This document shows positions 1-12,590 of a stretch of DNA of 64,000 bases, piece after piece. Every line of letters begins with the position of its first letter. Within the stretch, counting starts at the first letter, position 1. Made by a program: the position numbers and the translations under genes. The DNA is taken from positions 9,223,627-9,287,626 of the forward strand of contig MU058423.1 in the NCBI GenBank assembly GCA_013265495.1, written 5' to 3'. The notes beneath the pieces are model-generated. The model did not search any database. It saw nothing but the letters and a program-made list of their open reading frames with translations, and was not told where the DNA came from. This stretch comes from Vicugna vicugna (lineage: Eukaryota).

Positions 1-821
1 AAACTCCTCCACCCTTTCATGGTCTGAGAAATGGCTTACTGCAGAGAGCAACTTTTCCAAGTACAACTGAAGTAAGATTTTCTAACTTTCTCATGATTCT
101 CGTAAGACTCACACATGACCCCATTGTTTATCTGTGACAAGTTCCTTTCACATGAATCTTCTGAACTGGGCAGACACAGAATGTTCAACTTCCAGTCTCT
201 GTCTCATGATGGAGCTGAGATTAGAACTGTTTGTCTACCTGGAATTAGCTCTCCACAGAGGAAAACATTTCCTGTTCAGCTAACCAACTGAGACTTCCCC
301 TGCTTGCAAAACAGCTCCAACTGTAAATCATTCCACCTGCAGCCTTGAGCCTTCTTAGTCAGTTCAGGCTGCTGTGACAAAATGTCCCAGACTGAGTGGC
401 TTATAAACAAAAGAAATTTATTTCTCACAGCTCTGGAGGCTGGGAAGTGTAAGATCAAGGTGCTGGCAGGTTAGGTGTCTGGTGAGAACCTGCTTTTGGA
501 TTCACAGATGGCACCTTCTGCCTGTATCGTCACATGGCAGAAGGGGCTAGGGAGATCTGTGGGGTCTCTTTTATAAGGGCACTAATCCCATTCATGAGAG
601 CTCCACCCTCATGACCCAGGCATTTCCCAAAGGCCCCACCTTATACCATCACATCAGACATTAGGATTTCAATGTGAATTTGGTGGGGACACAAACATTC
701 AGACCACAGCATTTCTCTTGAAACTCTGAGGCAAAACCACTTGCTGAGATACTGTGATCTGCTCTCCCCAAGAGCCTGAATAAAATCAGTATCCTTACTT
801 GTCCAGTTTTTGGCTTCGACA
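1..821 (+). mobile_element. ERV1 (MER34/MER39-like) 5' LTR, interrupted by a MaLR LTR
   Basis: taagactcac...tgtttatctgtgacaag block shared with the LTR at ~3377; AATAAA 779-784; ends in CA at 821 just before a PBS. Confidence 0.65.
350..710 (-). mobile_element. MaLR solo LTR (MLT1A-like)
   Basis: Typical text: ctcacagctctggaggctgggaag...aagatcaaggtgctggcagg...ggggacacaaacattcagaccacagca. Confidence 0.85.
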
Positions 822-3376
822 GTGTGGTGCCGTGAGTCAGGCAGGACTAGACCTCTCCTGCAGTCCCTTTTACGCCACCCAGGCAAGGAGAACTCCGCAA
901 GTCCTTTGTGCTCCACTCCTGACTCATGATCCAGAGATGCCGTGGCAAGCCCAGCTCTTGGTCCTGTGTTCCAGACTCCTGTCCATCAGTGGCACAGTAA
1001 GGATTTGATTTTTATTCTTTTTTGAGTACTGGCTTGATTTCTGGTGCTGGCTTCTTTCAGTTTTATGGTCTGAAATTTGGATGAACTCTGTAAATATCCT
1101 AAATGGTTAATAGAAATCTTGTCTCTGTGGGTGAAAGATAGCAGGGAATCTGGCTTATTACTCTTTTTTGTCTATTTTAAATTCAAATCAATTAAGAATT
1201 TGTACCTAATGGGAAGAGAACCCCTCTTTTCTTTCTACTTGGCTGAAAAGCAAAGTTGGCTGAAATTTTAAAATTGAAGCCATAAACTCTGTTTGGGTCT
1301 GTATGTATGTTTATATGTCTGTGAGTGTAATTTTTCTTTCCTTCGTGGTAATACTAGATTATAAAATTTCTTAAAAGAGTGCTATTTGGAATGATTTAGA
1401 GAAAAGTAGGCCTTGTATAATTATGAAATTTCAGAAATTAAAGAAATTAATCCTCTAATAATTCTACTGTATATGTATATATGTAGATATATACATACAT
1501 ATACATTAATGCAAATTGCCTAGGAATTCAAGTTCACATTATTTAGTAAATCTTTGGCAAATAAGACTAGATTAATGTTGTTGGTTTAATAAAAACAGCT
1601 ATATCTTCTGAGTAAGTATTAAATCTAAGTATAGAAAAAATATATATATACAAGGGATGATTGTGGATTTTGTTTAGAATATTGTTGATATTCATGTTAT
1701 ATTTTCTAGATATAAGGAACCCCTTTCTCTTTTCTCTTGAGCTATCTATAACTCATAATAATTTAGTAAGTGCTGCTTTTATAAACAGAAATGAAACATT
1801 TATAATTTTCTCTCATCCAGCGAGAAATTCAGAAACTCCAGAATTCAAAAACTCTTACTGAATATTCTTATTTTCATGGCAATATAGCTATTTTCACAAT
1901 TTTGATAACAGTTTGTCCTTTCTGTTAACAAGACTTAAGTGAAAACGTTGCTTATGCAACCAAGGCCTTGCTTGGAATGTCATGATTGAGAATAATGCTC
2001 ATTTCATCAGATATGACCAGGTACTCTTAAGGGACTAAACTAAACATTTGTGGCACGAATGCTGACAAAAAGCTGAGGAACACTGGACTGTTATCTGGTT
2101 TACAGGGTGAGTAATGAAGGCTACTTCCTGGCAGGCCTAGGAACTTCAGGATGTTTCAGGGAATTTGAGAAGAGAGGAATTTACTCAAATTTATAGACAC
2201 TACAGATGAAATCTGACGGTGAGTTCTTGGCTTAAGATGCTTTTAAAAATCCAATGTGACATTTGTATTAAACTTCCAGCAAAGCAAACTTAAGAGGTGC
2301 TCTGTGATAAATACCAGTTTTGCATAAATACCAATCTTTGAAATTATTTTTGATTAAAAGGGGAGTGATTATAGAGAGAAATTTTATGTTTTAATGGAAA
2401 ACTATGGCACCCTCCTCTGAGTCTAGTCCCAAGTTATCAAACTCTAGCCCTGTTCATTGTTTTTGTGCTATTTGCACACTTACTCAGTAAATTACAGGTA
2501 ATTGATGAGTATGCAAACTCCATCTTCTCTGGTAGAGGTTTAAGTGACTTCCTTCCTCCCTGTGGAAAAACCAGATTAGGTACCAGCCTATAATTTGGAC
2601 TGGATCCTGTTCCTTGGCACAAATTACTAACAGTTACCAAATGTTCAATTCTTCCACAATTCTTCAATATCTGACTACAACCCTCTAAACTAAGTTTTCC
2701 AAATTCCATCCCTCCCATATTCAGAAACTAAAAATCTGACCACCTAGATCCCTTCTGTATGCTGTACTGGCCTTTCCCCCCAGGATCTGAAGATGCTCTG
2801 TGAGCTAAAGCCCAATTACTTCATACAAACCTTGAAGGACTCAGGACTCATCGCCATAGCAGGCCATGCATGGGTTGGATTTTTCCCTGGACAAGCCACT
2901 GTCTGGGCCAGTAAGGAAGCTTGGCAAGATACTGAGCCATGCGTGCCCTTACATGAGAGGTAACATTGCCAAGAGCATCAACGTCTTAGCTTCAAGGAAC
3001 TCAACGACCAGTGTGCCGCCGACTTTATGGAACCCACTCGACCGGTTACTCTCAGCTCTTGACGCTATTGACGTCAGTACACACTTTCATACCAGTAGTT
3101 CCTGTTTCCATTTCAGGCATTCCTCTATTAAGGTATCTGAAGTCCAGGAATCTAAAACAACTGACCTTTTCTAACACATCTCCATAAATGGTTCGACTGA
3201 TTTTGTAGAAACAGTGCCAAAGGGACATCTTAAGGGGTTATTTTTGGACTCTGCTTGGCAGCATTCAGAAGGTTTATTCTCACCTTTGAGTTGTTCGGCA
3301 AAAATGATATTCATTCATCTTGAGCAAAAGAGTGACAGTGCTCAACTTGAGCCCTGTGTTCTTGAAGAAGGGAACA
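822..3376 (+). mobile_element. Non-coding ERV1/MER4-group internal region
   Basis: Lies between the PBS and a purine tract (gaagaagggaac ~3364-3375); AT-rich blocks homologous to the second ERV internal region. Confidence 0.6.
825..842 (+). other. Degenerate tRNA-His primer binding site
   Basis: tggtgccgtgagtcag versus TGGTGCCGTGACTCGGAT (complement of the tRNA-His 3' end), 3 nt after the LTR CA. Confidence 0.7.
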
Positions 3377-3772
3377 GTTAAGAAATCCCCCACTCGGCCA
3401 CCAACATTTTGTGTTCCAGGAAAGCGCTTACTACAAAGCAAAGCGCCTACTCCTTCCTCATATGACTTAGATAAAACTCACTCTTCACTTTTTTTTTTTT
3501 CCAGTTCAGAAGCAAAGGGAAGCTTTCCTCTCTGATCAAAGAATGAAGAGGTACGAGCTTGCACTCTAGAGCACACGCTCTCCTGTTCACTCTCACAACT
3601 CATGTAAGCCTTGAGGGTAACTGTCACTATTTACCTGTGACAAGGCCAAATTATACCTTTCCCCTTTTGTGTGAACCTGTTGAGAAGGCCAAGCAGAACC
3701 TCCTACTACTTCTTGTTCTTTGTCTCATGATTGGTGAGCTGAAATTAGAACGTTTTTCACCCTGAAACTAGC
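3377..3772 (+). mobile_element. ERV1 (MER34/39-like) 3' LTR, partial, containing a short retroposed insert
   Basis: Follows the PPT; gcttactacaaag...atatgacttagataaaactcac...tttacctgtgacaaggcc, similar to 1-170. Confidence 0.6.
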
Positions 3773-4060
3773 TGTGATGGTTAATTTTATGTGTCAATTT
3801 GATTGGGCTAAGGTGTGCTCAGATAGCTGGGAAAACATTACTTCTGCATGTGTGTGAGGGTGTTTCCAGAGGAGATTAGCATTTAAATAGGTGAACAGTA
3901 AAGCAGAGAGCCCTTCCCACACTGGGTAGGCTGGGTGGGGGCCAAAGAGAACAAAAAGTGGAGGAAGGGTGAATTCACTCTTTCTTCTTGAGCTGAAACA
4001 TCCATCTTCTGAGCTCTTGTTTCTTGGGCTTTTGGAATCAGATTGGCACTTACACCATCA
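3773..4060 (+). mobile_element. ERVL LTR (MLT2-family), 5' part
   Basis: Starts tgtgatggttaattttatgtgtcaatttgattgggctaagg, the MLT2 5' end. Confidence 0.85.
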
Positions 4061-6397
4061 AGTCTCATTCCAGCAGCTCCTGCCTTGTGCCATTAATAGT
4101 GGGTTTAGGGCTGGAGGTGCCCCGCATTTCTGTGGGACAATGGACACATATTTTTCTCCGCACCATTCTTACTGCCTGTAGCAATGAAGGACTTTTACTT
4201 TCTTAGGCTGTCTCTAGGAGTGAGCTTTCTCGATATGGTGATGGCTACATATTCTCTTGTGAGATGCCTCTTGCTTCTTTGGTTAAACCATTGAAAAAAA
4301 AAAGCTTACTGGTTTGAGTCGACGTTTGAAATTAGCATAGGATCCTACCTGTCAATGGCTGGCAATGCATCCTTTAAACTGGCTCTGTTTAAAAGGAAAA
4401 CTTTTTGTGAAAGCTCTCATCGTTAACAGCTGTCATATTGGTACTTAGGGGAGGATCAAATTGAAAGGGAAAAAAAGTGACTAGCCTTAGAGAATCCCTT
4501 TTTAAGATGAAAGAACAAAAATTAGACTTAAAAATCCTGCATAAACTCCTCTTAAAAACTGCCTCTCCTCAGCAGTTCTCCAGGCCTCCCTACAAACAAT
4601 CAGGAAATAAATCAGCTGGAGTCTGATATTCAAGGAAGAATAGAAACTGTCTTTATCTTGCAAATCTCTACAAAACCTAGCCTTGTTTCAATGGAAACAA
4701 GTCAGGGCCTAACTTTACCAGTCCTAAGGCCTTGTCTATTTCTCTCAAAATGCTTGTAGATATTATAAAAGATCAGGATGTTGGAGCAAAATTGTCCTGT
4801 ACTTAAGAAAAAAATTAATAATAATTACACTAAGACTTACGAAAATAGACAAATACACTTCAAAAGTCCTAAGAGGAAACTTACACTTTCTCTGTTCCTT
4901 GTAAATCTTATCCTGTCTTTGAAGAGCAAACAGCCCACATCACTTGAGAGTGAGCCCAGATTAGCTCACTTGTTAAAACCTGAAACTAAAGAAAGAATCG
5001 GGAAAGAGGCCTTTTAAACACAAACTCCTAAAAGATCTCTCTTGCCCAAATAGCATCCTTAAAATTGCTTGTCAAGAGCAAATGCAGATCTTAAAATTCT
5101 TCTCCACAAATAAAAGATTTTATTTATCTGAAGGAAAAATCTACGTGATTCCAACTGTTATTTATAAACGACTGCGTTTGGCGTTGTACCTGATTCATGA
5201 CTGAAGTTTTAAAATGAAAACTCTGAGCTCTCTGGTTGAGTCTGTCTGCATGTCTATTTGTACCTCCTTCTGCCTCTGGAGGGTATTGCCAAACTAATTT
5301 GTAAAAGAACCCTATTTAATTGACTTAAACAATCAAGCACTTATATTAAAAGTCTTAAATAATAAAAACCAACCCAGATGGTTTTCCAAGCTTCCATGAT
5401 CTAGGATAGTCTTTAGTGAATAAAAGCTAATTTTAAGTTTGTTAGTTTAATTAATACAGGCATATCTTGAGAATTAGCAATAAATATAATGCATATAAAC
5501 AACTTTTTTTCTACCTGGATTTACTGGTCAAATGGGCTAATGTTTGTTTCTGTTGCAAAATTTGTCAGGAGAAAAAAACCTTGATAATGACTAATTGCTT
5601 TAATGTCTAATGAAATTTTCATGAGTAATCTAAATACGATTATTAAGAACCAATGAATTAAATTGATGTGATTGAGATAAGAGCTTTCTGGTGAACTTTT
5701 TAACAAAATTGTTTTATGATACGTCTACTTAAGTAGTTTCCTAAATCTCTTTGGTAATTTATACCCCTAGAGTTTTGCCGAGTTAAATGATGAGAACTCA
5801 TTGAATGTCTAGATCATTTCCAAATAAGATAAAATACTAAAACATTAATTGCCAAACAAGTCTAGTTTACCTACTTTTGACCTCTTATTACAGAGACTAA
5901 GTATGTTAGTAAATATATCCTGTGCTTTATTGAAAGGTTGTACTATGAAGTAGCACATGTTTCTAGATATTATAAAATGTGTTTGTAAGTTTGCCAAGCC
6001 ACAAAATGTCAATATAGTTCACAATTGTTTACTTCTTTATTTTCACTAAAAAATTAAAATTTCAGAGGATTAAGAATTCTAATTCATATACGTGGTTAAA
6101 ACCACTAGACATAATAATAGAAATATGATGTGTTTTTGAGTAAGAAAAGTATAAGGTATGGAGATGTTTTTGTTGAGGAAATAGAAAGTGATTTTGCCCT
6201 AAACACTCTGTATGGTTAGGAATGGTTAACTCAAAATGGGAAGGAAAATAAGGCACAAACTAAAATGGTCATAAAAAGCTGTAAAAGATTTGTGAAAAAA
6301 CGAATCTTTAGAAAGGACTTTTATGTGTGCTCAGCACTGAATAAGACTGGGATGAATTTAATTAAGTAAATGAGTTTTAACATTAAAAGTAAACTGC

Positions 6398-6749
6398 TGC
6401 AGGTGCAGCCACTACGGAGAACAGTATAGAGGTTCCTTAAGAAACTAAAAATAGTACACCAGAGACTGACACATTGTAATTGGCTGTACTTCATTAAAAA
6501 AAAATTAAAAATGAAAACAACAACAACAACAACAACAACTAAAAACAGAGTTGCCGTACGATCCAGCAATCTGACTCCTGGGTGTATATCCGGAGCAAAC
6601 TATAACTCAAAAAGATACATGCATTCCAATGTTCACAGCAGCACTATTTACAATAGCCAAGACATGGAAGCAGCCTAAATGTCCATTAACAGATGACTGG
6701 ATAAAGAAGATGTGATATACATATATATACAGACATACAAACACACACA

Positions 6750-6792
<43 letters not shown>

Positions 6793-7258
6793 AGTAGAAT
6801 ATTACTCAGCTGTAAAAAAGAATGAAATAATGCCATTTGCAGCAATATGGATGAACCTAAGAGATTATTATATTAAGTGAAGTAAGTCAGACAGAGGAAG
6901 ACAAATATATGACATCACTTACATATGGAATCTAAACAAAAATGATACAAATAAACTCATTTACAAACCAGAAATAGAATCACAGACATAGAAAACAAAC
7001 TATGGTTACCAAAGGGGAAAGGGATAGCGGAAGGATAAATGAGGAGTTTGGGATACACAGATACAAACTACTATATATAAAATAGACAAACAGCAAGGGC
7101 CTCCTGTAGAGCACAGGGAACTATATTCATTATCTTGTAATAACTTACAGTGAAGAAGAATCTGAAAAAAAAAGTATGTATTACTGAATCATTTTGTTAT
7201 ATGCCTAAAACTAACACAATATTGTAAATTAACTATACTTCAATAAAAAATAAAATAA
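6398..7258 (+). mobile_element. L1 3' end (ORF2 C-terminus/3'UTR, cetartiodactyl type) with nested short L1 stub at ~6455-6535
   Basis: gcagccact..ggagaacagtatagaggttcctt, gcacagggaactatattca, aataaa plus A tail; nested stub flanked by aactaaaaa(t/c)ag duplication. Confidence 0.9.
6730..6792. repeat. (CA)n microsatellite, imperfect
   Basis: Directly visible. Confidence 0.95.
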
Positions 7259-8448
7259 ACTAGAGCAAAGTTGGAATTTTGTTCTCTCTGTTAAAAGAAC
7301 AAAGTTGAATTTTTTTTCCTATTGGTCCACTCGATAATAAGAGATTATGAAAGATTTTTCTTTACCTTTAGGTAATTTGTCTAGAGGGAGAAAAAAAAAG
7401 ATCTTATGTCTTGTCAAAATAATCACTTATGTTTTATCTTGTCTTTATTAGGCCTTTGATTACTAAAGTAAACCTAGTCCTCTCAATATTAAAATAGATA
7501 CGCTTTGCTTAGAATATTATAACCTTCTATATTTGCCTATGAAGTCTTTACCTGTTATTTTGGTTCAATGTATGACTAAGCATTGTTTCACAGTGATCTA
7601 TTTGACTAAGTGTTTTACAAACCTTTTGGATATTTTGGACAAACTTCCCTCAAATCAAATACTAAATGATTCTTTTTGACTTAGAACTAACTCTGAGATA
7701 TATTTCAGAGGGCCCCTGAAATATCTCAAAGATTTGTTCTCTCTCCTTATAAAAAGAGGTATGAGACTAATTAGGCATATTTGATACGTTAAATTCCACG
7801 GGGAACATTGTCAAAAACTAATTTAAGCCTTCTTTACGTTGTGTCTGTACAGGTACATAATATAAATGTTCCACAAATTATGTGGAATTCCTGGAAGTCT
7901 TATATGAGGGCATAAAATGTTGTCTGCCATCAAAATTCAGGCTCACGCTAAAAGGACTGCACCCAGGTATCAGCAAAATGCTTTGACTTTCACGCAAAGG
8001 TAGCTACAGCAGAACTTGTAAAGGTTTTGGCACACACAGGTGCAATCTATTCTGCTTCTGCAAAAAAAAAAAAATTGATCCTTAATTGCCATACTTTCGC
8101 CATCTGATGTCCTCATAACATGGCCACAGTGTGCTCCTGAATCAGAGAAATTCAGACAGGTGAACAATAGCTGTAAATTACACAGCAGTCAAGGGTATAG
8201 GAAACCCGGGACGGCTGCTTGGTTCTTCTGGCTCCCTAACAAACCTCATTTTTTGTTTTTTTGTTTTGTTCTGTTTTGCATTCCTTCGCCTAACATAGTG
8301 CATTTAAGAGGGCTCCAGCTGTAAATAGACATTGGCAGGAAGATTTCTAGAAAATTGTGAAAACAGTCTACCAGCAAGGTCTGTCCTGTCAGGTCCATAT
8401 AACCCCGGTTGGGGGGGTGGGTAAAATATTTTTGTCCTCAGAGACCTC

Positions 8449-8785
8449 AGACCTCTTCCCTCTGGACCCTTTGAGCACCTGCAGCTGGACTTCATTCAAC
8501 TGACATTTAATATGGGTTCTCAAAATGTGCTTGTTATTATAGGTGTGTTCTGCATGGGCTAAACCTTCCCTTGCTGCAAGGCTGATGCAAATGGCACACA
8601 ATGGCAAAGAAACTGTTCAAAACAGGTTTCCCGCTTGGGGTGTATCTTCCACACTATCCAGTGATCAAGGCATCCACTTCGCTGGGCAAGTCACAGGAGC
8701 CTTAACAAAAACCTTTCAGGCATCTTATAATTATCACTGTCCCTATCACCCTTAATCATCGGGCAAGGTTGACAGAACTAACGGA
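8449..8785 (+). pseudogene. Retroviral integrase core remnant (frameshifted, with stops)
   Basis: RPLPSGPFEHLQLDFIQL ... FPAWGVSSTLSSDQGIHFAGQV ... HCPYHP*SSGKVDRTNG, matching gammaretroviral-like rve motifs. Confidence 0.88.
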
Positions 8786-8800
8786 GAAACCTGACTCGAG

Positions 8801-9515
8801 AGAAAACACCAAGTACTGACAGGGACGTGGAGTGGCTGGAACTCTCACACACTGCCGGCAGGAGTGCACATTGGCACCACTGCTCTGGAAAACTATTTGG
8901 CATTGCCTAGTGGGCTTAAACGAACCAGCAGCTCCATTGCTGGTGTGTATCTAAAGTGGAATGCGTTCATACCTTCAACAGAAGACCTACACAAGGATGT
9001 CCAAAGAAACACAATGTATGATAGCCTAAACTTGAAACTTTCCCAGTGCTCATCCACAGAAGAACAGATCAGCACTGGTACAGAGGAGTCTACAGCCATG
9101 AGAAGAACAAACTACAGCCAGAACTACTCTGAAGGAAAATCTCACAGTGTTGAGTCAGACGCAGTGGAGTACATGCTAAGTGATTCCATTTACATAAATA
9201 TGCAGATGAGCAAAACTAATGTACGCAATTGGAAGTCAGATAGTGGTTTTCCTTGTGGGGTGTGCAGTGTGCTTGGAAGAGGGCATGGGGAGGTTCTGGG
9301 CACCGGCAATGTTGTGTGCCTTGATCAGCTGCTATTTATATGTATAAGATCAGTTTACAGAAAATCCTTGAGCTGCACACTTGTGATTTGTGCACTGTTC
9401 TATCTGTAGGTTAGAGTTCAATAAAACGTCCCCCTAGCCCTGCCATCACTGCCTGTTTCAGAGCCCTGGTACTGTTTCAATAGTAATTAAACTGTATCTT
9501 GTGATTTGCTACCTC
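8801..9515 (+). repeat. Inverted duplication, copy A (old L1M 3' fragment plus ~90 bp flank)
   Basis: Reverse complement of 13287-13987, roughly 90-95% identical by eye. Confidence 0.95.
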
Positions 9516-9544
9516 TTTGTTTTTTTTAATAAAACCTACATTTA

Positions 9545-9582
9545 TTATTTTTTTTAATGGAAGTACTAGTGATTGAGCCCAG
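9545..9582 (-). mobile_element. Truncated tRNA-derived SINE fragment
   Basis: ttttttaatggaagtactagtgattgagcccag resembles the reverse complement of the SINE ctgggttcaatccccagtacctccattaaaaaa. Confidence 0.55.
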
Positions 9583-10359
9583 TACAACTTTGCAAACAAA
9601 TTAATTTTAATTTGGCTATCTTTGATAGAAATGTGGGTGACGTCAGGGGGAAAAATTATGTTTCAATAGAACCTATAATAGCCACTAGTGGATATTAGAT
9701 TCTTGTGCTATTACTTTTCCTTGAGGTTTTGTTATTCACCTGAAACCTGACTGGGTCCTGAATTTTCCTCATCGCCTCCAATATCTGGCTTCAACTCTGA
9801 GCTAATGTTTCCAATTTTCTCCTACCTTTTGACATGCAATCACTGAGAAATGAAACTGCCCTTTTCCTGAATCCTGGCAAACTGAAGCTAGAGGACAATA
9901 TAAACTTCAGAGGAATTGCCCAACAGCTCGTATTGAAACAATTCTCATGCCTACTGCTGTAGGAGCCATTCAGAAACTTTACCTGAATGCCCAGTGACAT
10001 CTTCAGAGACCTTGCAAACTACAAAAGAAGCTTTGACCCTGACATCTAGGAATCTTCTTGACTGACTGCCCCCGGGCTCAGAAATTGGTTTCAGTCTGCG
10101 CCAATCATTAACCATTGTTTTTCCTTTTGTTTCCATAGAAACACCTAATATGAAACACCTGATTCCTTGCACCACAGGATTAGCTTTGGGAGCCAGTCTG
10201 CATCACTGCCTCCTGAAATGAGACATCATTATTTCCGGGAATTGACCTGTTCTCAGAACTAAGAAACTTGTTCAGCGAAAAGGACTCTGCTAACACTCTC
10301 TGCGGCCAGCAGCTCAGCGGCTAACATGTGAGACTTTGGGGAGTTTCAGAGGCGGGCAC

Positions 10360-10584
10360 TGGTGGGGCCCAGGGCAGGCTGCTTCACAGACTTACTGTTC
10401 CTTTGTCCAAAAGGTATAAAGGCTGCCTGCTTTGGCCACTTCTTAGGTCTCATCTCTATGAGACCTCCATGCGCATGAATTAAAAATGTTCTTTTTCTCC
10501 TGTTCATCTGTCCTGTATTAGTTTTATTAGCAGTTCAGCCACAAGAACTCGAGAAGGGTAGGGGAAACTTCCCCCTCCCCAATA
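10360..10584 (+). mobile_element. ERV1 (MER4/MER41-group) 3' LTR, internally deleted
   Basis: TATAAA ~10415, ATTAAA ~10479, terminal gaagggtaggggaaacttccccctcccca typical of the group. Confidence 0.6.
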
Positions 10585-11298
10585 AGTAGGTCCCGGAGGT
10601 CCCTACACTTAAGGAGAGGTGGGAGGAGGAGGGGATTATCTGCATGATAAGCCATATTTACAACTGTTTTCTTTTGCATATAAATCTCTGTGTCATAAAT
10701 ATAAAAATCATGTGAGACCTGAGGTTTCTTTATACTTATTAAAAAACACTAACTTTGACTAGAGAGGACACTTGAGCAATTTGTGATTATTTTGAGGAGA
10801 AAACAAACAAACCCCTTTCAACATCGAGGATCTTTTTCTTTTCCCCTAAAACCGAATATAGAAATTGATAGTAACTTAATTCACCATTTACAACTTGTTT
10901 GATATTGACCAAGATTATGAATCTCTCTTCTTAACAGTAACCTGGCATATTTTAGGAACGGTCATGTCTCATGTTTCTAAAAAATTCTCTATACACATGT
11001 GACCTGGAAGTCTCTGAGTAGGAGAGACTTTCCTCCAAAACTGGCTGTGAACAAAGTATGAAATGATTGAGTTACTTTGTGAAGAGAAAAGATTAAACTG
11101 ACAAAGATGATCAAAATCCTGACATTTTAGAGTCCTGAGAACACAGAGCTTGCCTTTTAACCTGTCCAACCACTAATATTGTGCAATCAGGAAGTGTCTC
11201 CCCTCTCTGCTTACTCAATTCCCTAGCCACCTCTATCTACAGGGAAATATTTGAAAGTGGGGACAATATTACCTTCCTGATCCAGATTGGCTGCATAG

Positions 11299-11638
11299 TG
11301 TTCAACAACAAAATCAACTGAGTAAATGTAAGATTGGCTCAATTAAACGATTCATGAAGCGGGCGGCATCCCATCTAGCAAATACAAAGGATGGGGTGTG
11401 AGAAAAGGAAATTGTTAGCAAAGAATGCATTGTTTCAAGCCAGGCCACCCTCCTAAATGGAATGGGAGGGCCTACAGGGATTACTTCCTTTAGTGCTGAC
11501 CAGGTAATTCCAGGTTGACTGGTTAAAGGTTACACTTATGGGAAGGTGAGATTGCAGTTAGGTTAGGTAATAAGTTGGTTTGGTGACGTGGGTCTAACAC
11601 AACTGACTCCATTTTGGGCATGTTGTTTCCTTTTAACA
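11299..11638 (-). mobile_element. ERV1 solo LTR with 4-bp TSD
   Basis: TG...CA termini; ATAG at 11295-11298 and 11639-11642; minus strand begins tgttaaaaggaaac...caaaatggagtc. Confidence 0.85.
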
Positions 11639-12399
11639 ATAGAAACACCTCATCTCTTAATGGCAGTTGTTATTCGAAGAGGCTTTATGAAAAAGTGTTT
11701 TTTTCCCTTCCATACTATTACTAAACCGGAATGAATATCTCTTTACTGGTTAAAAAAACCAAACAAACAAACATCAATTTTCTCATGAATTAAAACTTCA
11801 ACCTTATTTATTGTTGAAATAATCTGTATTTAATTTTGGGGTTTTGGCCTTGGTTCCTTTTCATTTTTTCCAGCTTTATTCAGATATAATTGATGTTTAA
11901 ATTTAAGATGAACAATATGATGATTTGCTATACATATATACTGAGAAATTACCACAATAAGGGATTTCTTTTCTATAAAGATCTGCAAATAAATTTACTG
12001 ATAAAGAGACTGATGACAACTGGAAAAATTATCAGGACATATAGAATGGCAACGTGAAGAATTCAAAATTTCAGAGCTGAATTTCATAATTGTACTGTTT
12101 CTTATTGAATGATTTGTTGAAAAAAAAAGTCATCTCATTTCTTTTAGAATTGGTTAGATTGGAAACATCTTCAATCCCGTAAGGCTATTGAGAAGTCTGA
12201 GAATATTTGGAAAGGCTTATGTAAGGGGTAACAAGTCAGAGAAGAAATAATTATGGTCAATATTTATCCAAAAGGAAAGCAAAGTTTCATTTACGAGAGA
12301 AAGAAAAGCCCCTATCTTACTTACAGTATAATTTATATTAGGGTTACTATCAAGTGAGATTTATTACGAGATTTAGAGCACTCATGTATGCCCTGATTT

Positions 12400-12590
12400 C
12401 GGCGGGTGAAGCCGGAGTTAGCTTAGTGTTGGTTCCTCCACCTGGAAGACACCTGCTCAAGCGCATCTGCGCGGGCAGCGGGGTGAGTCAGCGAGGAGAG
12501 CAGAGCGCGCACTGCCCTCCAGGTGGCGCTCGCTCGCGCTCGCTAAGCCGCGACGCGCGCTCAGCGCTCAGCAGGCGGGCCCCTCCTTGA
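12400..12590. promoter_or_regulatory. Small CpG-rich element with CTCF motif (12513-12531) and AP-1/MARE-like TGAGTCAGC (12484-12492)
   Basis: Dense CpGs in an AT-rich context; tgccctccaggtggcgctc closely fits the CTCF core. Confidence 0.7.

Larger units (their letters stand above)
4100..10359 (+). mobile_element. Second degenerate ERV1/MER4-group internal region with nested insertions
   Basis: Homologous blocks to 1200-2830; integrase remnant; ends in a purine tract before an LTR. Confidence 0.65.

Noticed and set aside
2866..3174. 102-aa ORF at the env position of the first ERV
   Set aside because: No signal peptide, furin site, CX6CC or immunosuppressive-domain motif recognisable.
8864..9409. 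181-aa ORF with a 144-aa near-identical 'paralog' at 13393-13827
   Set aside because: Both lie in the duplicated, degraded L1 3' fragment. The first starts at GTG, the N-termini differ by a frameshift, and there is no domain signal. The similarity reflects DNA duplication, not a gene family.
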